Positions 1 to 12,553 of a DNA stretch of 34,977 nucleotides are shown piece by piece (position 1 is the first letter of the stretch; each line of letters begins with the position of its first letter). Position numbers and translations under genes: made by a program. The stretch lies in contig CAWHCQ010000018.1 of the NCBI GenBank assembly GCA_963827755.1, positions 1-34,977 of the forward strand. Direction: 5' to 3'. The stretch comes from an uncultured Gammaproteobacteria bacterium. Its GTDB lineage: Bacteria; Pseudomonadota; Gammaproteobacteria; UBA9214. The notes beneath the pieces are model-generated. The model was not told the DNA's origin. It ran no database searches and worked only from the letters and a program-made list of their open reading frames with translations.

Positions 1-547
1 GTCGCTCTGCCCATAGTAGGACGGGTAAAGCGCAGCGTACCCGTCAGGGGCAGGCTGTTGAACCCGGAGTTAGGGCGCATTTTTTGATGGGTACGTCGCT
101 TTGCTCCTTTACCCATCCTACGTGTTGCTCCTGCTCATAGTAGGACGGGTAAAGCGCAGCGTACCCGTCAGGGGCAGGCTGCTGAACCCGGAGTTAGGGC
201 GCACTTTTTGATGGGTACGTCGCTTTGCTCCTTTACCCATCCTACGTGTCGCTCTGCTCATAGTAGGACGGGTAAAGCGCAGCGTACCCGTCAGGGGCAG
301 GCTGTTGAACCCGGAGTTAGGGCGCACTTTTTGATGGGTACGTCGCTTTGCTCCTTTACCCATCCTACGTGTCGCTCCTCGCTCATAGTAGGACGGGTAA
401 AGCGCAGCGTACCCGTCAGGGGCAGGCTGCTGAACCCGGAGTTAGGGCGCACTTTTTGATGGGTACGTCGCTTTGCTCCTTTACCCATCCTACGTGTCGC
501 TCTGCTCATAGTAGGACGGGTAAAGCGCAGCGTACCCGTCAGGGGCA
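1..547. repeat. Tandem BIME/REPIN-like array of ~123-125 bp units, each with two inverted GTAG-type REPs (probably continues beyond the window start)
   Basis: GTAGGACGGGTAAAGCGCAGCGTACCCGTCA starts at 16, 140, 263, 388 and 511. The first four are followed by the inverted partner TGATGGGTACGTCGCTTTGCTCCTTTACCCATCCTAC. Linkers are near-identical between units. Confidence 0.9.
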
Positions 548-557
548 TATGCATGCC

Positions 558-1577
558 TCAGAGCATCCCCTGCAATTGTGACCAGACCTTCTTCGGACCG
601 ATGGTCTCGTAACAGGCGGGATAGACCGGGGCATCGCCTGCAAAGCTGCATTGCTTGCCGAGACAGGGTGCGCACGGGAACTGCGCCTGCAGGCTGTACC
701 TGTGACTCGCCGATCGTCCCGGTCAGGCCGGGATCGGTCGAGCCATACAGGGTAATACACGGAGTCGCCAGCGCTGCGGCCAGGTGTACCAGGCCGGTGT
801 CCACGCCGACGACACCGCTTGCCGCTGGCAATCACGCCGGCAAGTTCACCCAGGCCCATGCGCGGCAAGACCTCGATGGCCGCGTCGAGGGCGGCAATCT
901 CGCTGGCGCGCTGCTGTTCAGCGGCATTGCCCCACGGCAGCTTCACCTGCAGACCCTGCCGGACCGCCATGGCCGCCAGCTCGGCGCCAGTAGGTATCCG
1001 GCCAGTGCTTGCTTGGCCAGGTCGTGCCATGCAGGAATACCAGGTAGGGCTGGCGTTCGCCAGCCTGGAATTTCCCCCTGATGCCGTAGTCCGGTCCGCT
1101 TGCGGGCACGGTGTAGCCCAGTGCCGCTGCAAACAACTGGCGCACCCGCAGCACGGCATGCTGATCACGCGCGACTGAAATGGTACGGTTATAGGCGCGG
1201 GCCGCCAGTGGTTCGCGGGCACTGTCGCGGTCGAGACCGGTGCGCGGGCCACGGGCAAAGCGGGAGATCACGGCACTCTTGACCAGGCCCTGGGCATCGA
1301 TGATCTGCTCATAGTGCTGCCTGCGCAGATGCTTCACCGCCGCCTGCGGCTCGCCGACACGCAAGACGTGAAACGGCCGGTGTTTCCAGCGCCGCAACGC
1401 CACCGGAATAACCTCGTCGACGGCCGCGTGCCATGCCGGCACCTCGGCGAAGGGCTCCTCCACGACCCAGTCAAAGCGGATGCCCGGGAGTTGTTGCGCG
1501 GCATCCGTCACGGCCGGCAGGGTGTGCAGCACATCGCCCAGGGAAGACGTTTTGATGATCAGTACGCGACGGGGCAT
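558..1577 (-). CDS. waaC: LPS heptosyltransferase I (frameshifted at ~985, ~825, ~695)
   Basis: N-terminus RVLIIKTSSLGDVLHTLPA..FDWVVEE. Motifs continue across frames: HGTTWPSKHWP / LPWGNAAEQQRA / GVDTGLVHLAAAL / VWSQLQGML* (TGA at 558-560). Adjacent to waaF. Confidence 0.85.
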
Positions 1578-1589
1578 GGCCGGCCTGTC

Positions 1590-2606
1590 TCAGCGAGACA
1601 TGACCTCCTGCATGGCCGTGTTGATCCGCTCCGGTGAAAGCCGCTTCAGACAATGCAAATGCCCCAGCGGACATTCGCGCTTGAAACAGGGACTGCAATC
1701 AAGGTCAAGGCGCTCGATCTGTGCAGTCTCGGACAGCGGCGGCGTGAAGGCCGGGTCTGAAGAGCCGTAGATGGCCACCATCGGACGCTGCAGTGCGGCC
1801 GCGATATGCATCAACCCGGAGTCGTTGGTGAGCACGAACGAAGCCAGCGCCAGCAGGTCAATCGCGTCCCCCAGGCGGGTAAGGCCGGCAAGGTTTTCGC
1901 AGAGACTCCCGGTGATGTTATTGATGTTTTCGCACACCGCCCGGTCATTGGCCGAGCCAAACAACCAGACGTCCCAGCCTTTCTCCAGCCATACTTTTGC
2001 GACCTTTGCATAATGTTCTTCCGGCCATTTCTTTGCCGGGCCGAATTCCGCCCCGGGGCAAAGCGCCAGTACCGGTGTGCCGTCATAACGAATATCGAGA
2101 GCCTGCAGCGCCATACGCGATTGCGCCTCGCTGGTCACCAGCCCCGGCCTGGGCGCCGGCCCTGACAGTTTCGCCCCCTCGGGCAGGCCGAGCGCAACAA
2201 AACGGTCCACCATCATCGGCAAGCGCCGGCGGTCGAGTTTTCTGCAGTCGTTGATAAACCAGTGCCGCAGCTCCCCGATATAACCGGTGCGCAGTGGAAT
2301 ACGCGCCCAGAAGGGCAGCAGGGCGGACTTCAGCGAGTTCGGCAGGATGATGGCCTGTGCATAGCCCCTGTCACGCAGCTGCATACCGAGGCGGCGACGC
2401 ACCCGCAGCTTTAGTTCGCCGTGACCCAGCGGCATGTCGATGGCATCGCGCACCTCCGGCATGCGCTCCAGCAACGGCAGGGTCCAGCCAGGCGCCAGCA
2501 CGTCGATCGCGCGGTCCGGTTTCTGCGCCTTGAGCACCTTGAACAGGCTCTGGGCCATCACCATGTCACCGACCCAGGCCGGGGCGATGATGAGGACGCT
2601 AGTCAC
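1590..2606 (-). CDS. waaF: LPS heptosyltransferase II
   Basis: APAWVGDMVMAQSL, CPGAEFGPAKKWP, NDSGLMHIAAAL, CSPCFKRECPLGH. Confidence 0.95.
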   Translation of the reverse strand: MTSVLIIAPAWVGDMVMAQSLFKVLKAQKPDRAIDVLAPGWTLPLLERMPEVRDAIDMPLGHGELKLRVRRRLGMQLRDRGYAQAIILPNSLKSALLPFWARIPLRTGYIGELRHWFINDCRKLDRRRLPMMVDRFVALGLPEGAKLSGPAPRPGLVTSEAQSRMALQALDIRYDGTPVLALCPGAEFGPAKKWPEEHYAKVAKVWLEKGWDVWLFGSANDRAVCENINNITGSLCENLAGLTRLGDAIDLLALASFVLTNDSGLMHIAAALQRPMVAIYGSSDPAFTPPLSETAQIERLDLDCSPCFKRECPLGHLHCLKRLSPERINTAMQEVMSR

Positions 2607-2679
2607 AGGCCGGTTCGGTAATGATGGAATATCCAGATTGCGTCACTAGAGTTCCTTAAGTTGAATTCAAATCCGCTAA

Positions 2680-2913
2680 TGCTCCTAAAAAACGCATCAC
2701 CACCTGTAGGAGCGGATCGCATCCGCGATGCCCCTGCATGAACCCCAATCGCGCTTGAGAAGCGCTCCTACAGGGGACGGTCAGACTGTAGGAGCGGATC
2801 TCATCCGCGATTATGCCCCTGCTCCTAAAAAACGCATCACCACCTGCAGGAGCGGATCTCATCCGCGATGCCCCTGCATGAACCCCGATCGCGCTTGAGA
2901 AGCGCTCCTACAG
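2680..2913. repeat. REP cluster (GTAGGAGCGGATC..ATCCGCGA family) with a ~94-bp direct duplication at 140-bp period
   Basis: 2680-2773 is nearly identical to 2820-2913. Each has GYAGGAGCGGATC..ATCCGCGAT ... TCGCGCTTGAGAAGCGCTCCTACA, and an extra single REP lies at ~2788. Confidence 0.85.
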
Positions 2914-2934
2914 TGCAAGAAATACCGCGGCGGC

Positions 2935-3855
2935 CTAAACCACCGTCAGCCAGTCCTTATGGGCCGTCTCGCGGCCGTGGACAATGTCAAAATACAGGGA
3001 CTGCAGGCGTTCGGTCACCGGTCCGCGTCCGCCGTTGCCGATGGTGCGGTCATCCAGTTCGCGGATGGGGGTTACCTCGGCGGCGGTGCCGGTAAAGAAG
3101 GCCTCGTCCGCCAGGTAGACCTCGTCGCGGGTAATGCGCTTCTCGCGCACCGTCAGCCCTTCACTCCCGGCCAGCTGCACGATCGTGTCACGGGTGATGC
3201 CTTCCAGCGCCGAGGTCAGCTCCGGCGTGTAGATCACGTTGTCGCGCACGATAAAAATATTCTCGCCACTGCCTTCGGCGACAAAGCCGTCCACATCGAG
3301 CAACAGGGCCTCGTCATAGCCGGACGTCAATGCCTCGTTAAGCGCCAGCATGGAATTGATGTAATTGCCATTGGCCTTGGCCTTGCACATGGTGATATTC
3401 ACATGATGCCGCGTGTAGGAGGAGGTCTTGATGCGGATACCCTTCTCCATGTTATCGGCACCCAGGTAGGCGCCCCATTCCCAGGCAGCGACTATACCGT
3501 GCACCTTCAGATTATCCGCGCGCAGGCCCATGCCTTCCGAGCCGTAGAAAAACATGGGCCGGATATAGGCGGATTCAAGACCGTTTTCGCGCACCACTGT
3601 TTTATGCGCTTCACTGATCGTCTCCCGGTCCCAGGGCACCGGCATCTTCATAATATGCGCCGAGCCGAACAGGCGCTTCGTATGCTCCTGCAGGCGAAAA
3701 ATTGCCGTGCCCTGTTCGGCCTTGTAGGCACGCACGCCTTCGAACACGCCCATGCCGTAATGCAGGGTGTGGGTGAGCACATGGACCTGCGCCTCACGCC
3801 AGGGAACCAGTTTGCCATCCATCCAGATGACACCATCACGATCAGCCATAGACAT
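2935..3855 (-). CDS. ilvE: Branched-chain amino acid aminotransferase
   Basis: THTLHYGMGVFEGVRAY, KAKANGNYINS, EGSGENIF, LEGITRDT, FFTGTAAEVTPI. Start placed at MSMADRDG because GGAGA lies upstream (ORF track starts at 3882). Confidence 0.95.
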   Translation of the reverse strand: MSMADRDGVIWMDGKLVPWREAQVHVLTHTLHYGMGVFEGVRAYKAEQGTAIFRLQEHTKRLFGSAHIMKMPVPWDRETISEAHKTVVRENGLESAYIRPMFFYGSEGMGLRADNLKVHGIVAAWEWGAYLGADNMEKGIRIKTSSYTRHHVNITMCKAKANGNYINSMLALNEALTSGYDEALLLDVDGFVAEGSGENIFIVRDNVIYTPELTSALEGITRDTIVQLAGSEGLTVREKRITRDEVYLADEAFFTGTAAEVTPIRELDDRTIGNGGRGPVTERLQSLYFDIVHGRETAHKDWLTVV

Positions 3856-3920
3856 ACTGTTGTTCTCCAGAACCATTTCCAAAATTTTTCATCGCCGGCC
3901 CGTTAACCCCGGTGGTATTT

Positions 3921-4036
3921 GCAGGAGCGAGCGTCGGCTGGCGATTTTTTTGCGAGATGTTCGCCGATGTTCGCCAGCTGTTCGCCAGCTGGCGCTGGCT
4001 CCTACAATAATTAATAATTGATAATTAATAATCAAT
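3921..4036. repeat. REPIN-like element (GTAGGAGCCAGCGCCAGCTGGCGAA family) plus an AT-rich 7-mer microrepeat
   Basis: GCAGGAGCGAGCGTCGGCTGGCGA ... TTCGCCAGCTGGCGCTGGCTCCTAC, followed by AATAATT AATAATT GATAATT AATAATC. Confidence 0.75.
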
Positions 4037-4047
4037 TTACCCGCCGG

Positions 4048-6973
4048 TTAATCACTGCCCATGTGTTTATCCCAGATGCGTGCCACGGCACCCCGGTGTT
4101 CGGACAGTTCATCATGCCCCACCAGTGGCGGCTCATCCTGCAACGCAAGGTGATTAACGCGGTGCCGAAGGGCGCTATAGGCCGCCGTCAACGCCGCGAC
4201 ATCGTCATCCGCCATCAGGCCGCACCGGGCAAAGGCCTGCAGCAGGCCATTATTGTGGGTATAGCCGAGTAATTCAGTATGGCTTGCGGACCAGGACAGA
4301 ACGCCCCATTGAACCATAAATTCCATATCCACGATACCGCCCCTGCCATGCTTCAAATCGATCATATCCCCGCTCGACTTGTCGAGCTCCTGTCGCATAC
4401 GCTCGCGCATTTCCACGACGTCCCTGCGCAATTTCCCTGCATCGCGCGGCCGGGCCAGCACGCCGGCACGTACACGCTCGAATTGCCGTGCCAGTTCCGC
4501 ATCGCCCGCAACCACACGCGCCCTCACCATGGCCTGGTTTTCCCAGGTCCAGGCACTGCGCCGCTGGTACTCGGCGAAGGCCTCGAGACTGCTGACCAGC
4601 AGGCCGGATGAACCGTTCGGCCGCAAACGGGTGTCCACTTCATAGAGGATGCCGGAGGAGGTATAGGTATTCAGGATATGGATGATTCGCTGGCCGAGCC
4701 GGGTAAAGAATTCGTGATTATCAATCGCCTTCGGGCCGCTGGTCAGCTGGTTCTCACCCTGGCTGTCATGCAGGAAAACGATATCCAGATCCGAGCCGTA
4801 GCCCATCTCGGCACCGCCGAGCTTGCCATACGCGGCAATGGCGAAACCGGCCTCACGCTTCTTTCCCAGTGCAACATAGCAGGGCCGTCCATGTCGTGAC
4901 ACCAGTATTTTCCAGGCAAGCGCCAGTGCATGCTCAAGCGCCACTTCGGCAATACAGGTCAAATAATCAGCAACGCGCTCCACCGCAAAGCCGGTAACAA
5001 TATCGCTTGCCGCCACGTGCAGCACATTCGCCTGCTTGAACTGCCGCAGGCAATCCATTTGCTGTTCCAGGTCATCGCCCTCGATGGCCGACAGCTGGGC
5101 CGTCAATACCGATTGCAAGACCCGCCTTGTCGAGCGGGGCGTAAAGGGAACGCGGATCAAGCAGCTCATCAAGCAGCAGCGGGTACTGTGCAAGCAAGTC
5201 GGCAATCCAGGCGCTGGCCGCACACAACTGTATCAGTTGCGACAACGCCATCGGATGCTCGACCAGCAGGGAAAGATAGGTGGTACGCCCGGCAATCGCT
5301 TCCAGCAGCTCGCCGAGGCGGGGCAGTATTTGCAAGGCATCTTTTTCCGCGGCAACCGCGGTCAGCAGCAGGGGCACCAGTTCGTCCAGCCGTTGCTGCC
5401 CCTGGTCACCGAGAAAGCGTGTTACCGGGCCATCGCGAAAGCTGTCCAGCCACTGCAGCACCTCATCCGCCTGCTGGAAACCGGCCTGCTTGAGCACCTT
5501 GATGGCCGCATCACCGCCAAGCGTACCCTGCCAGACCGCCTTCAGATCCGATGCCTTGCGCGAGCGCCTGTCCTGCACATCTTCCTCCGAGGATGCAAAC
5601 ACCTGTTCAAAATGTTCCTGCACCAGGCGGCGATGCCGGGCAAGGGTTTTCTCGAACTGGTCCCGGTCCGGGAAACCCATGGCGAAGGCGAGGCGGATCC
5701 TGCCGATATCATCGTCGGGAAGTTCGTGCACCTGCTGGTCTTCCCAGGCCTGCAGGCGGTTTTCCGTGCGGCGCAGGAACACGTAGGCCTCGGCCAGCTG
5801 CAGGGTCACGTGTGCCGGCAAATAACCGAGCACCGCCAGTGCATCCAGCACCTGCAGGACGCCGCGCTGTCGCAGGGACGACTGGCGGCCGCCGCGCACC
5901 AGCTGGAAGGCCTGCGCGATAAACTCGATTTCGCGAATGCCGCCGGGGCCGAGCTTGATATTGTCCTGCATACCCTTGCGCTCGACCTCGCGCACGATTT
6001 GTTCCTTGAGATTGCGCAGCGACTCGAAGGCCCCGAAATCGAGGTAGCGGCGATAGACAAACGGCCGCAACATGGTTATCAGCCGAGTGGCCGGCCCCTG
6101 CGGTCCGGCCACCGGCCGCGCCTTGATCATGGCGTAACGCTCCCACTCCCGGCCCTGCGACTGGTAGTACTCGGCCATGGCATCAAAATCAGCGACCAGC
6201 GGCCCGCTGTCGCCATAGGGACGCAGACGCATATCGACGCGAAACACAAAGCCGTGTTCGGTGTGGTCATCCAGCACCTGGATCAACTGCTGGCCCAGCT
6301 GCGAATAAAATTCTTCCGCGCTTTGGCGGGCACGCCGCCAGCCGGTCGGGTTATCAGGGTAGGCAAAAATCAGGTCGATATCGGATGAAAAATTCAGCTC
6401 GTGCGCGCCCAGCTTGCCCATGCCCAGCACCACCAGTTCAGGTGATATTTTCTTCGGCACCCCCGGTTGCCTCAAAGCCCATTTGCCAAGCAGCCCGAGC
6501 GCCCCGCCGATACTTGCATCGGCCAGCGCGGTAAGGTCACCAAGCACTTCGCCCAGCGGCGCCCAGCCGGCCAGGTCGCGCCAGGCGATGCGCAGCATCT
6601 CCCGCAAACGGTTCTCGCGCAGCACCCGTTTGAGGGTTTCTTCATCGCTGACACCATTGAGACGCTGCTCGAGTTTCTGCCGCTGCTCATCGGCGCGGTA
6701 ATCCGTCAGCAGGTCACCGCTCTCCAGCAGGCCGGACAACAGGGATGGGTCACGGATACAGGCCTGTGCCACAAATTCGCTGCAGGCCCAGACGCGCAGC
6801 ATACTGGTGGTGAAATCCGGCCGGCGGGGTATCGGCAAATTCTCCGCGTGGGCCGCCTCGGTATAGGCCTCCCAGGACTTGCCCAGCTGGTCGTTCAGCG
6901 CCTCCGGCAGCACATCCGACAGCTGCCGGTTGATGGCCATCGACCTGTGTACCTGGTTCAGGATAGAGGTCAT
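4048..6973 (-). CDS. glnE: Bifunctional glutamine synthetase adenylyltransferase/adenylyl-removing enzyme (frameshift ~5120)
   Basis: Two nucleotidyltransferase domains (GMGKLGAHELNFSSDIDLIF; YGKLGGAEMGYGSDLDIVF) plus RVDMRLRPYG and EVDTRLRPNG, split between ORFs 5072-6973 and 4048-5223. Confidence 0.93.
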
Positions 6974-7040
6974 CTAAGGTTAATAATCCGCCTGCCGACA
7001 GTATGTGAGGTGCAATTATATACAAGGTGGAACAAAAAAC

Positions 7041-8279
7041 ATGGACTTCACGACATACCTCAGGATCATGGTCGAAAAAGATGCCTCGGATATCTATCTA
7101 AGCAGTGGCGCTCCCGTGAGCGCGAAAATCCAGGGCCATCTGATAGCGCTGGATGAACAAATACTCGACAGTCAACAGGTCAAGGCCGTTGCCTACTCGA
7201 TCATGGACGATGAGCAGATCAGTGAGTTCGAGAAGAAACCGGAAATGAACCTGGCCATTTCGGAAAAAGGCGTCGGCCGTTTTCGGGTCAATATTTTCCG
7301 TCAACGAAACAGCATTTCCATGGTCATCCGCAATATCAAGACAGAGATCCCGAACTGGAAAAATCTCGGCCTGCCGGAGATCCTCACCGATGTGGTTATG
7401 GCGAAACGCGGGCTGGTGCTGTTTGTCGGCGCAACCGGCTCCGGTAAATCCACATCGCTTGCATCGTTGATCGATTATCGCAACAGCAATGATGCCGGGC
7501 ATATCATTACGATCGAGGATCCCGTCGAATTCGTTCACCGTCACAAGAAATCCATCGTCAACCAGCGCGAGGTCGGCGTTGATACCGACAGCTATGAAGA
7601 TGCCCTGAAGAATACCCTGCGCCAGGCACCGGACGTCATCCTGATCGGCGAAATACGCGACCGCGACACCATGGAACATGCCATTGCATTTGCCGAAACG
7701 GGCCACCTCTCCATCTCGACCCTGCATGCCAACAATGCCAACCAGGCGCTGGACCGGATTATCAACTTCTTTCCGGAAGACCGCCGCAACCAGCTGTTGC
7801 TCGATCTCTCGCTCAACCTGCGCGCATTTGTCTCGCAACGGCTGGTGAAGTCCGTCGACGGCAAGCGTGCCGCCGCCATCGAGATCCTGCTGGGCACGCC
7901 GCTGGTACAGGACATGATCCGCCGGGGTGATGTCCACGAGATCAAGGAAGTCATGACGAAATCGGAAAACATCGGCATGCAGACCTTTGACAGGGCGCTG
8001 TTCAAACTCGTGGAAGCCGGCAAAATCAGCCTCGACGAGGCCCTGAAGAATGCCGACTCGCCGAACAACCTGCGCCTCACGCTCAGTCTCAGCGCCAGCG
8101 AGGGTGCGACTGCCGCCGTGGCAGAGACCGCGAAAAAACCCGCCAACCTCAGCCTGATGTCTACGGATGAAGAAGATCCCGGGGAAGAATTTCCCAGCAG
8201 GGAGTACAGCCACGGAGCGGGCCGGGTCCTGAGCCGGCACCCGCTGGCCGGGTCCATGTGCTATCCGGGCACCAGCTGA
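7041..8279 (+). CDS. pilU: PilT/PilU-family type IV pilus retraction ATPase (PilU-like)
   Basis: GATGSGKSTS, TIEDPVEF, LRQAPDVILIGEIRD, TLHANNANQALDRIINFFPE, GMQTFD. The exact C-terminal end is uncertain. Confidence 0.85.
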   Translation: MDFTTYLRIMVEKDASDIYLSSGAPVSAKIQGHLIALDEQILDSQQVKAVAYSIMDDEQISEFEKKPEMNLAISEKGVGRFRVNIFRQRNSISMVIRNIKTEIPNWKNLGLPEILTDVVMAKRGLVLFVGATGSGKSTSLASLIDYRNSNDAGHIITIEDPVEFVHRHKKSIVNQREVGVDTDSYEDALKNTLRQAPDVILIGEIRDRDTMEHAIAFAETGHLSISTLHANNANQALDRIINFFPEDRRNQLLLDLSLNLRAFVSQRLVKSVDGKRAAAIEILLGTPLVQDMIRRGDVHEIKEVMTKSENIGMQTFDRALFKLVEAGKISLDEALKNADSPNNLRLTLSLSASEGATAAVAETAKKPANLSLMSTDEEDPGEEFPSREYSHGAGRVLSRHPLAGSMCYPGTS

Positions 8280-8360
8280 TATGATGCAACCCCCGTGCCG
8301 GCTGCTCCCGGGTTTTATGTCCCCATGCAGCACATCACGCTCATGGAGCACTGTTGATCA

Positions 8361-9276
8361 ATGATGTCACTAGTCACAGGTGGTGCAGGCTTTATCGGCT
8401 CACATATCGTGGACCGCCTGCTCGCCGACGGACAGCAGGTTCGCGTCCTCGATAATTTCTCCACCGGCAAGCGCGAAAATCTGCCGGCCGATGGCAGGCT
8501 GGAAATCATCGAGGGTGATATCAGTGACCTCAAAACGGTAGAGCAGGCCATGCAGGGTGTAACGACCGTGTTTCACCAGGCCGCCATCGCCTCCGTGCCG
8601 GAAACCATCAAGGACCCGCTGGCAAGCGCGCGCGTCAACTATGTGGGCACGGTCAATGTCCTCGAGGCCGCACGCCAGGCCGGGGCGCGGCGCGTAATGT
8701 TTGCCTGTTCCGCCGCCGTCTACGGCGACCTCCCGGAGCTGCCCAAGCGGGAGGACATGCCGGTCAAGCCGTTATCGCCCTATGCCCTCGACAAGCTGGC
8801 ATCGGAAGAGGCCTGCCGCATCTACCATCACCTTTACGGACTGGAGACGGTCAGCCTGCGTTACTTCAATATTTTCGGTCCCCGCCAGGACCCGTCTTCA
8901 CCCTATTCCGGTGTCATCTCGATTTTCTCCGCAAGCCTTGCAGCCGGCAGGCAACCGGTCATTTACGGCGATGGCGGGCAAACACGGGATTTCGTCTTTG
9001 TGTCCGATGTCGTCGAGGCAAACATCCTCGCAGCCACTTCGAAAACAGCACCCGGCAAGGCCATCAATATCGGCACCGACAGCGCCCTCTCGATCAATGA
9101 CCTGCTGGGGACAATCTGCAAAATACACGGGACAGCCGTTTGACCCCGAATACAAACCCGGCAGGCAGGGTGATATTCGGCACTCGTCCGCGGATATCAG
9201 CCGGGCGCGTGAATACCTGGGCTGGGAACCGGTCGTCGGGCTTGAAGACGGCTTGCGGGAATTGTTCAGGGACTAA
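8361..9276 (+). CDS. NAD-dependent nucleotide-sugar epimerase/dehydratase (frameshift ~9130)
   Basis: LVTGGAGFIGSH, YxxxK (PYALDK), LRYFNIFGPRQDP. The C-terminus RQGDIRHSSADISRAREYLGWEP is in the shifted frame. Confidence 0.88.
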
Positions 9277-9407
9277 TCGATTAATTAATCGATTAACTAA
9301 TCAATTAACCGTAGGAGCCAGCGCCAGCTGGCGAAAGGTTCGCGCACCGTTCGCGAATTGTTCACGCATTGTTCGCGCGCTGTTCGCCAGCTGGCGCTGG
9401 CTCCTAC
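9274..9407. repeat. 12-bp microrepeat x3 followed by a REPIN (GTAGGAGCCAGCGCCAGCTGGCGAA inverted pair)
   Basis: TAATCGATTAAT TAATCGATTAAC TAATCAATTAAC, then GTAGGAGCCAGCGCCAGCTGGCGAA ... TTCGCCAGCTGGCGCTGGCTCCTAC. Confidence 0.85.
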
Positions 9408-9438
9408 AAGGTTTTTGAATATTTTTTCGTTGTTGCCG

Positions 9439-9471
9439 AAAAAAAAGCCCCGCTGCAATAGCGGGGCTTTT
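9439..9471 (-). terminator. Rho-independent terminator of groESL (possibly bidirectional)
   Basis: Hairpin AAAAGCCCCGCT-GCAAT-AGCGGGGCTTTT with a T8 tail on the minus strand, between convergent genes. Confidence 0.85.
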
Positions 9472-9498
9472 GGTTAACGCCAGGGTTAACGGGCAGGC

Positions 9499-11175
<1,677 letters not shown>

Positions 11176-11211
11176 TTATTGATCAATACCCGAAATAGCG
11201 TGTCTTCAGGC

Positions 11212-11502
11212 TCAGGCCTCGATGACACCCATGATGTCTTCTTCACGCATCACGAGCAGGTCACTGCCGTCGACCTTGACCTCGGTGCCTGAATACTTGC
11301 CAAACAGAACCGTGTCGCCAATTTTGACGTCGAGAGGGATTATCTCCCCACTTTCAAGCCGCTTTCCGGTTCCTGCTGCAACGATCTCGCCACGCTGTGG
11401 CTTTTCTGCGGCCGAATCAGGTATAACAATGCCACCGGCTGAGGTGGTTTCTTCTTCCATGCGCTTCAGGATCACGCGATCATGCAACGGACGAATCTTC
11501 AT
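11212..11502 (-). CDS. groES: Co-chaperonin GroES
   Basis: [32 protein letters not shown]. Confidence 0.99.
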   Translation of the reverse strand: MKIRPLHDRVILKRMEEETTSAGGIVIPDSAAEKPQRGEIVAAGTGKRLESGEIIPLDVKIGDTVLFGKYSGTEVKVDGSDLLVMREEDIMGVIEA

Positions 11503-11565
11503 TTGCTTATCTCCTTCAAGATTGCTTTTATATACAGATACCTAACAAACACTCGAGCACTATTG

Positions 11566-11592
11566 TTAGCACTCGACCCTAGTGAGTGCTAA
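11566..11592. promoter_or_regulatory. CIRCE operator (HrcA binding site)
   Basis: Perfect TTAGCACTC-N9-GAGTGCTAA upstream of groES. Confidence 0.95.
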
Positions 11593-11619
11593 TCATAGCG
11601 TGGTAATTTGAACTGTCAA
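11592..11619 (-). promoter_or_regulatory. sigma70-type promoter for groESL
   Basis: Minus strand TTGACA-N16-TATGAT, with the -10 box abutting the CIRCE. Confidence 0.7.
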
Positions 11620-11674
11620 GGATGAATACGGCCGGGATCTGCTGCCCGGGCGCACGGCAACAGGCAGGTTCAGG

Positions 11675-12133
11675 TCAGGATTTGTCCTCGTCGTCCTCGC
11701 GGTGAAATTCACCTTCGATGGTGCGCGACTGCTGCCCGCCGGCCGGACCTGGCGGGACGTTCCCGGCGGGCGGCACCAGCATCCGTTTCACCACCCGCAG
11801 CGCCAGCCAGCGCCGCGACAACGGGAACAGGCAGGCAAAACCTGCCAGGTCGGTGAAAAATCCCGGCGTCAGCAGCAGCAGCGCGCCAACCAGCAGCAGC
11901 ACCCCCTCGATCATCTCCAGCGCCGGCGCCTCGCCCCGCCCGAGGGTCTGCTGCAGGCGCTGCAGGGTCGCCAGCCCCTGCTGGCGTGCCAGGGCGGCGC
12001 CGAGCACCGCCGTCAACACGACCAGGGCAACCGTCGGCAAGGCGCCGATCCAGCCGCCCACCTTGATCAGAAAATAGATTTCAACCAGGGGAACAAGCAG
12101 AAATACCAGCAGGAACACGGGAAACGGGGCCAT
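11675..12133 (-). CDS. fxsA: FxsA family membrane protein
   Basis: PLVEIYFLIKVG, LLLTPGFFTD, TIEGEF; conserved position next to groES. Confidence 0.92.
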   Translation of the reverse strand: MAPFPVFLLVFLLVPLVEIYFLIKVGGWIGALPTVALVVLTAVLGAALARQQGLATLQRLQQTLGRGEAPALEMIEGVLLLVGALLLLTPGFFTDLAGFACLFPLSRRWLALRVVKRMLVPPAGNVPPGPAGGQQSRTIEGEFHREDDEDKS

Positions 12134-12256
12134 GGCCGCAACATAACCGAATCAACCCGAAATGACCACGGCAAGCCCGGCAACGGCAACGGAGCGTCTC
12201 GAGGTTACTCACCCCCATGCATCCTGGACTTACGTAGGCTCTAATACTGTTTATTT

Positions 12257-12339
12257 GCCACGGAAGCACACGGAAATACACGGAAGAAAACCTGAATAAT
12301 GAATGGTTATTCTGTGATTATGAGGGGTGTTTCCGTGGC
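12257..12339. repeat. Triple-CACGGAA motif with a partial inverted partner
   Basis: GCCACGGAAGCACACGGAAATACACGGAAGAAAA (12257-12290) is the exact reverse complement of 26018-26051; TTTCCGTGGC at ~12330. Confidence 0.8.
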
Positions 12340-12380
12340 GATAGTCTTTTTATTCAGACGACACATCCCAACTGCGCGCC

Positions 12381-12531
12381 ATTCACCTCCCACCTCTCAC
12401 TTCTCACTTCTCACTCCTCACTTCTCACTTCTCACCTCTCACTTCTCACCTCTCACTTCTCACTTCTCACTTCTCACTTCTCACCTCTCACTTCTCACCT
12501 CTCACTTCTCTCACTTCTCTCACTTTCCACC
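12381..12531. repeat. Heptamer tandem repeat (TCTCACY), ~20 units
   Basis: 16 in-phase units at 12395-12506 plus degenerate flanking units. Confidence 0.95.
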
Positions 12532-12553
12532 CGATCTCCGGTATATTCAGACC

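Noticed and set aside
1-547. CRISPR array, or the short repetitive ORFs in the track
   Set aside because: The 'spacers' are identical between units, the repeats are GTAG-REP hairpins and no cas genes are present. The ORFs are translations of the repeat.
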